Source: Anthoceros angustus
Lineage: Eukaryota; Plantae; Anthocerotophyta
DNA: 64,000 nt
Direction: 5' to 3'
Assembly (NCBI GenBank): GCA_010909165.1
Contig: VJWM01000025.1
Coordinates: forward strand, 1,054,001-1,118,000
Positions 60,958-64,000 of the stretch are shown one piece after another. The notes beneath the pieces are model-generated. The model saw only the letters and a list, made by a program, of their open reading frames with translations. It had not been told where the DNA came from and searched no databases. Each line of letters begins with the position of its first letter. Within the stretch, counting starts at the first letter, position 1. Both the position numbers and the translations under genes were made by a program.

Positions 60958-63721
60958 GGCACGGTGCAATAGGACGCGTAATCGCTATATACGGAAAGAA
61001 AAAATTTACTTATCTTCTCCTATGTCGTCAGAAGGCTGCATTTGTTGCCAGTAGCGGTCTGTCATACGGTCTCTAGGCGTTAAACGAGAGGACAAGCATA
61101 AACATCATCGCAACTTTTGCAGGGAAAAGGCCTTGCCATGGATGGTGAATTGAGGAAACCGAATTCTGACTACAAGAATTAGACTGTTGCAGCAATGAAG
61201 ATGGAAAACGCACAGCGAAAGAAGCCTAGTGCTGCGAGAACACAATGAAAAGTAGTCCCGGCTGGCAGTGCACCCGGGCCATGCAACCACAAACGCAGGC
61301 TTCACACATGCGAAAACCTAAAGAGCACGCGCTACTGCAGTGCTCACTGCTCATGACAAGGCTTAGAATTCATCACACCTAATGATGTACGCGGGGCCAG
61401 CAGTTAGCACGCAGTCAAGGAGAAGCCAGCGGCAAAGATGTGGTTTGGGAAGAAGAGCTTTGTACGGTTCTACAAGCAAGTGAAGGCACTGGCTACGGGG
61501 TGGATTCGAAAGAAGACCTTTGTTCAATCCTGCAAACACAAGAAGCTGACTACGAAGAACTGCTGTTGACAAGAGGCTGGATCACCTGGAGCGCTTCTCC
61601 TTCGTCGCGAAACTGGCCCTGTAGCTGTGGACGGATTCGCGAGACGTCGGTTTCAAGGATTGGAGCAGCGACTCTTGGATGCACGCAGCTTGGCACGATT
61701 CACTGCTTAGAGGCTTGCTTGCTTGCTAGCTAATTTGTCGTGTGTCCGCGGAAAAGACAAGACCGAAGGAGACTCGGTCTAGATAGACCATCTTTCTGAC
61801 TCACTCGGACTCGCGGTCAAATATAACTCACCCTGGAACCCGCCCTCGGGATGACTGGTCGTCCCGAGCAGCGTTTAGCTAGATTTATAACGAAGTTGTG
61901 GACAGGAAGCGGAGGCTAAGAGCTGAGCCTGGTGAGCTCCGCTGTTGTGCACACATCGAAGCTGATGCAGCTGTGTCAGGGCAGAGGCAGGCGCTGAAAG
62001 ATAGAGGAACGTGCCAAGCTACGTGCTTCAAAGAGGAGAACTCTGCTGTCGACATCTTTTGCGGACGTCGTGAATGGACACTGTGTCGTTGGCCAAGATC
62101 GGAGGTGATGAGAGGCTGCGATCTTGCAGAGAACTGCTCTCAGGAGCGCGCACAGCGGACCTGCATATGAAGCCATGTGCAATTAGGATGACGATCAGCA
62201 TCTTTCTGCAGAAGTTCACAAACCTGTGCTTTACACACTTGTGGCAGACGGCTTTGTGCAAGTGACCTAGAACAGCAGCACTGATGACCCGAGATGCAAA
62301 CCTGCTTTGTGGAGAGTCTGCAGCCTGCTGCTGCAAGTCGAGGAGAAGCCAGCAAATGGTGAGCGGCACATGCAGAGGAGCAAGGCAAGCTAGAAGTGCC
62401 CTGGCCAGAGGGCTGCGAGTAGGGATATCTGCAAGGAAGAGGATGAAGAAGGCAGGAGGCCGCAGGGCGCATGTGCCAAGCTCGCTCCTCACACAGTTAG
62501 GCAGCAAGCAAGCGGGCTGTGCGGTGATAAAGAGCAATCGTATGGGGAGGCTCCTTATATACAAACCGCACCAGGTGGGGCGGGGCCCGGGCTGTGCTGT
62601 GCTGTGTGGACCCACAGCCCCTCCACTGCCGTAGAGATTCCACCAGCACGCGTACGCCCTCTTGGCTGCTTGCCCCAAGAGCAGCGGCGAGGAGCTCGCG
62701 AGCGGCAGGGCCGGGCCAGAGCGAAGCGGAAGAGCGCATATCTTTTACCTACTCACGTGGCCGCTGCAGCTCGCGGCCACGCACTGCTCCACGGCAGAGT
62801 TTCGACATCAAATTATCGGCATTGGCAGGGCAGCCCCGGTGATAGGGGGCGAGCTGGACGAGTTGGCGCGTTGCGAGAGCAAGGCGGAATCATGTGTGTG
62901 GCTGGCCTCTCATCAGCAGCAGCCTCGGACGCGCCTCGTCGAAGGTTTGTGGTTTGTGGCTCACACACCACAGGCCAGCTTACACTAGGTCGACCACTCC
63001 AGGTGTTTGATTCGCGAGTTTGTGGCTCACAGCCCAGCTTACTCACACCGAGTACCAACGTTTCATCACCACCATGGACCGTTGCCTCCTGTCTTGGTGA
63101 AGTGGAAGCGGTGTAGCCTGGCCCTGGCCTGTCTCCACACTGTGTCCACTGTGTCCATGGCCGATTCTCCGGGAGGGCTCGCTCGCTGGGCTGCCATTGG
63201 GCGGAGTTTCGTATGACAGGTTGCGCGCTCCCCTCGATGGTACGGTGCGGCAGTGGGTACATGCTATCCCATCGCGGACTCTACCTGCAGTGCAGCAGGA
63301 GGTGGAGCACTCGGGCCAGTGGGTAGGGAGCGGATTGGGGGGTGGATCAGAGAGAGAGGCCCATGTTGCCCATGTTGCCGTAAACCCGATTTGAGGTAGA
63401 AAGTAGTGAGGTCGGGGCCCGGTGCGCGCCATGGGATTTGGGCGTGACTGGACCGTGCTGGCCATAATCGGGTGTGCGCCTGCGCCGACATGGCGTGTTG
63501 CGTATGATTGGAGAGGGCCGCTGGGGCCGAGTCGCCAGAGTGGCCGCTGGCTGTCATCGTGCACCACAGAAACGGCGCGCCATCAGACTGTGACAGTGAC
63601 GTCGCCCATGATTGCTGCTTCTCTCCCTGGGCCCTGCACTAGGCTGCGTACAGTGCCTGGGTTGTGAGGGAGTGCAAAATGTTTTACAATATATATTAAT
63701 TTCAACGCACAGTGGTTGTGA

Positions 63722-63802
63722 GTCAACATGGCCGAGTGGTTAAGGCGACAGACTTGAAATCTGTTGGGTTCGCCCGCGCAGGTTCGAACCCTGCTGTTGA
63801 CG
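63722..63802 (+). tRNA. trnS-UGA: tRNA-Ser(UGA)
   Basis: Acceptor stem GTCAACA/TGTTGAC plus discriminator G. A-box TGGCCGAGTGG. Anticodon arm ACAGA-CTTGAAA-TCTGT. Long variable arm GGGTTCGCCC. T-arm GCAGG-TTCGAAC-CCTGC. Confidence 0.97.
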
Positions 63803-63887
63803 TGTCGCACTTGTTATGCCTGGAAATGTGGAGGAACCGGCTGTTGACGTGTCGCACTTGTTATGCCTGGAAAAGCGGAGGAACCGT
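63794..63887 (+). repeat. 47-bp tandem duplication starting in the tRNA 3' acceptor strand
   Basis: ctgttgacgtgtcgcacttgttatgcctggaaatgtggaggaaccgg is followed by ctgttgacgtgtcgcacttgttatgcctggaaaagcggaggaaccgt. Confidence 0.95.
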
Positions 63888-64000
63888 AGTAGCAATTCAC
63901 AGCTTTTCTTTGTTAGTATATAGGTTCACCGAAGAGTTATAATTAGATTATTAATTTATATTATTATATTATATCCACTAAGTTATAGGTAGGCGACGAA

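Noticed and set aside
61300-63650. GC-rich region with many 60-216 aa ORFs as a gene or MITE
   Set aside because: I found no recognisable domain, consistent exon chain, terminal inverted repeats or TSD.

Overview
This is eukaryotic land-plant genomic DNA. Short GT-AG introns, PLS-class PPR fragments and compact genes suggest a lycophyte such as Selaginella (inference). It has three zones. (1) 1-9.7 kb is a mosaic of tandem duplications and gene fragments. It holds two copies of a small exon encoding a piggyBac-type Cys/His zinc-binding domain; the copies differ by 18 synonymous and 0 non-synonymous substitutions over 43 aligned codons. (2) 9.8-19.2 kb is a compact block of four intact genes: an HI0933/YhiN flavoprotein, a class-3 lipase/phospholipase A1, a GT90/CAP10-like glycosyltransferase and a 4x CCHC zinc-knuckle protein. 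A 1.82-kb tandem duplication of a decayed gene follows. (3) 25-61 kb is a retrotransposon nest. It contains a complete 13.1-kb Ty3/gypsy element (27000-40124, TSD ATTCC, tRNA-Arg-type PBS) with 3.6-3.7-kb LTRs, each carrying a long degenerate sense ORF. It also contains a complete Ty1/copia element (41603-48691, TSD CTTTC), two more diverged relatives of the ORF-bearing LTR (one a ~5-kb candidate solo LTR), and LINE, PPR, integrase and copia fragments. A tRNA-Ser(UGA) with a duplicated 47-bp 3' trailer lies at the end. The best novelty candidates are the protein-coding giant LTR family and the conserved stand-alone piggyBac-type zinc-finger microprotein. Many frameshifts in the repeats look like homopolymer deletions, so some apparent pseudogenisation may be assembly error.
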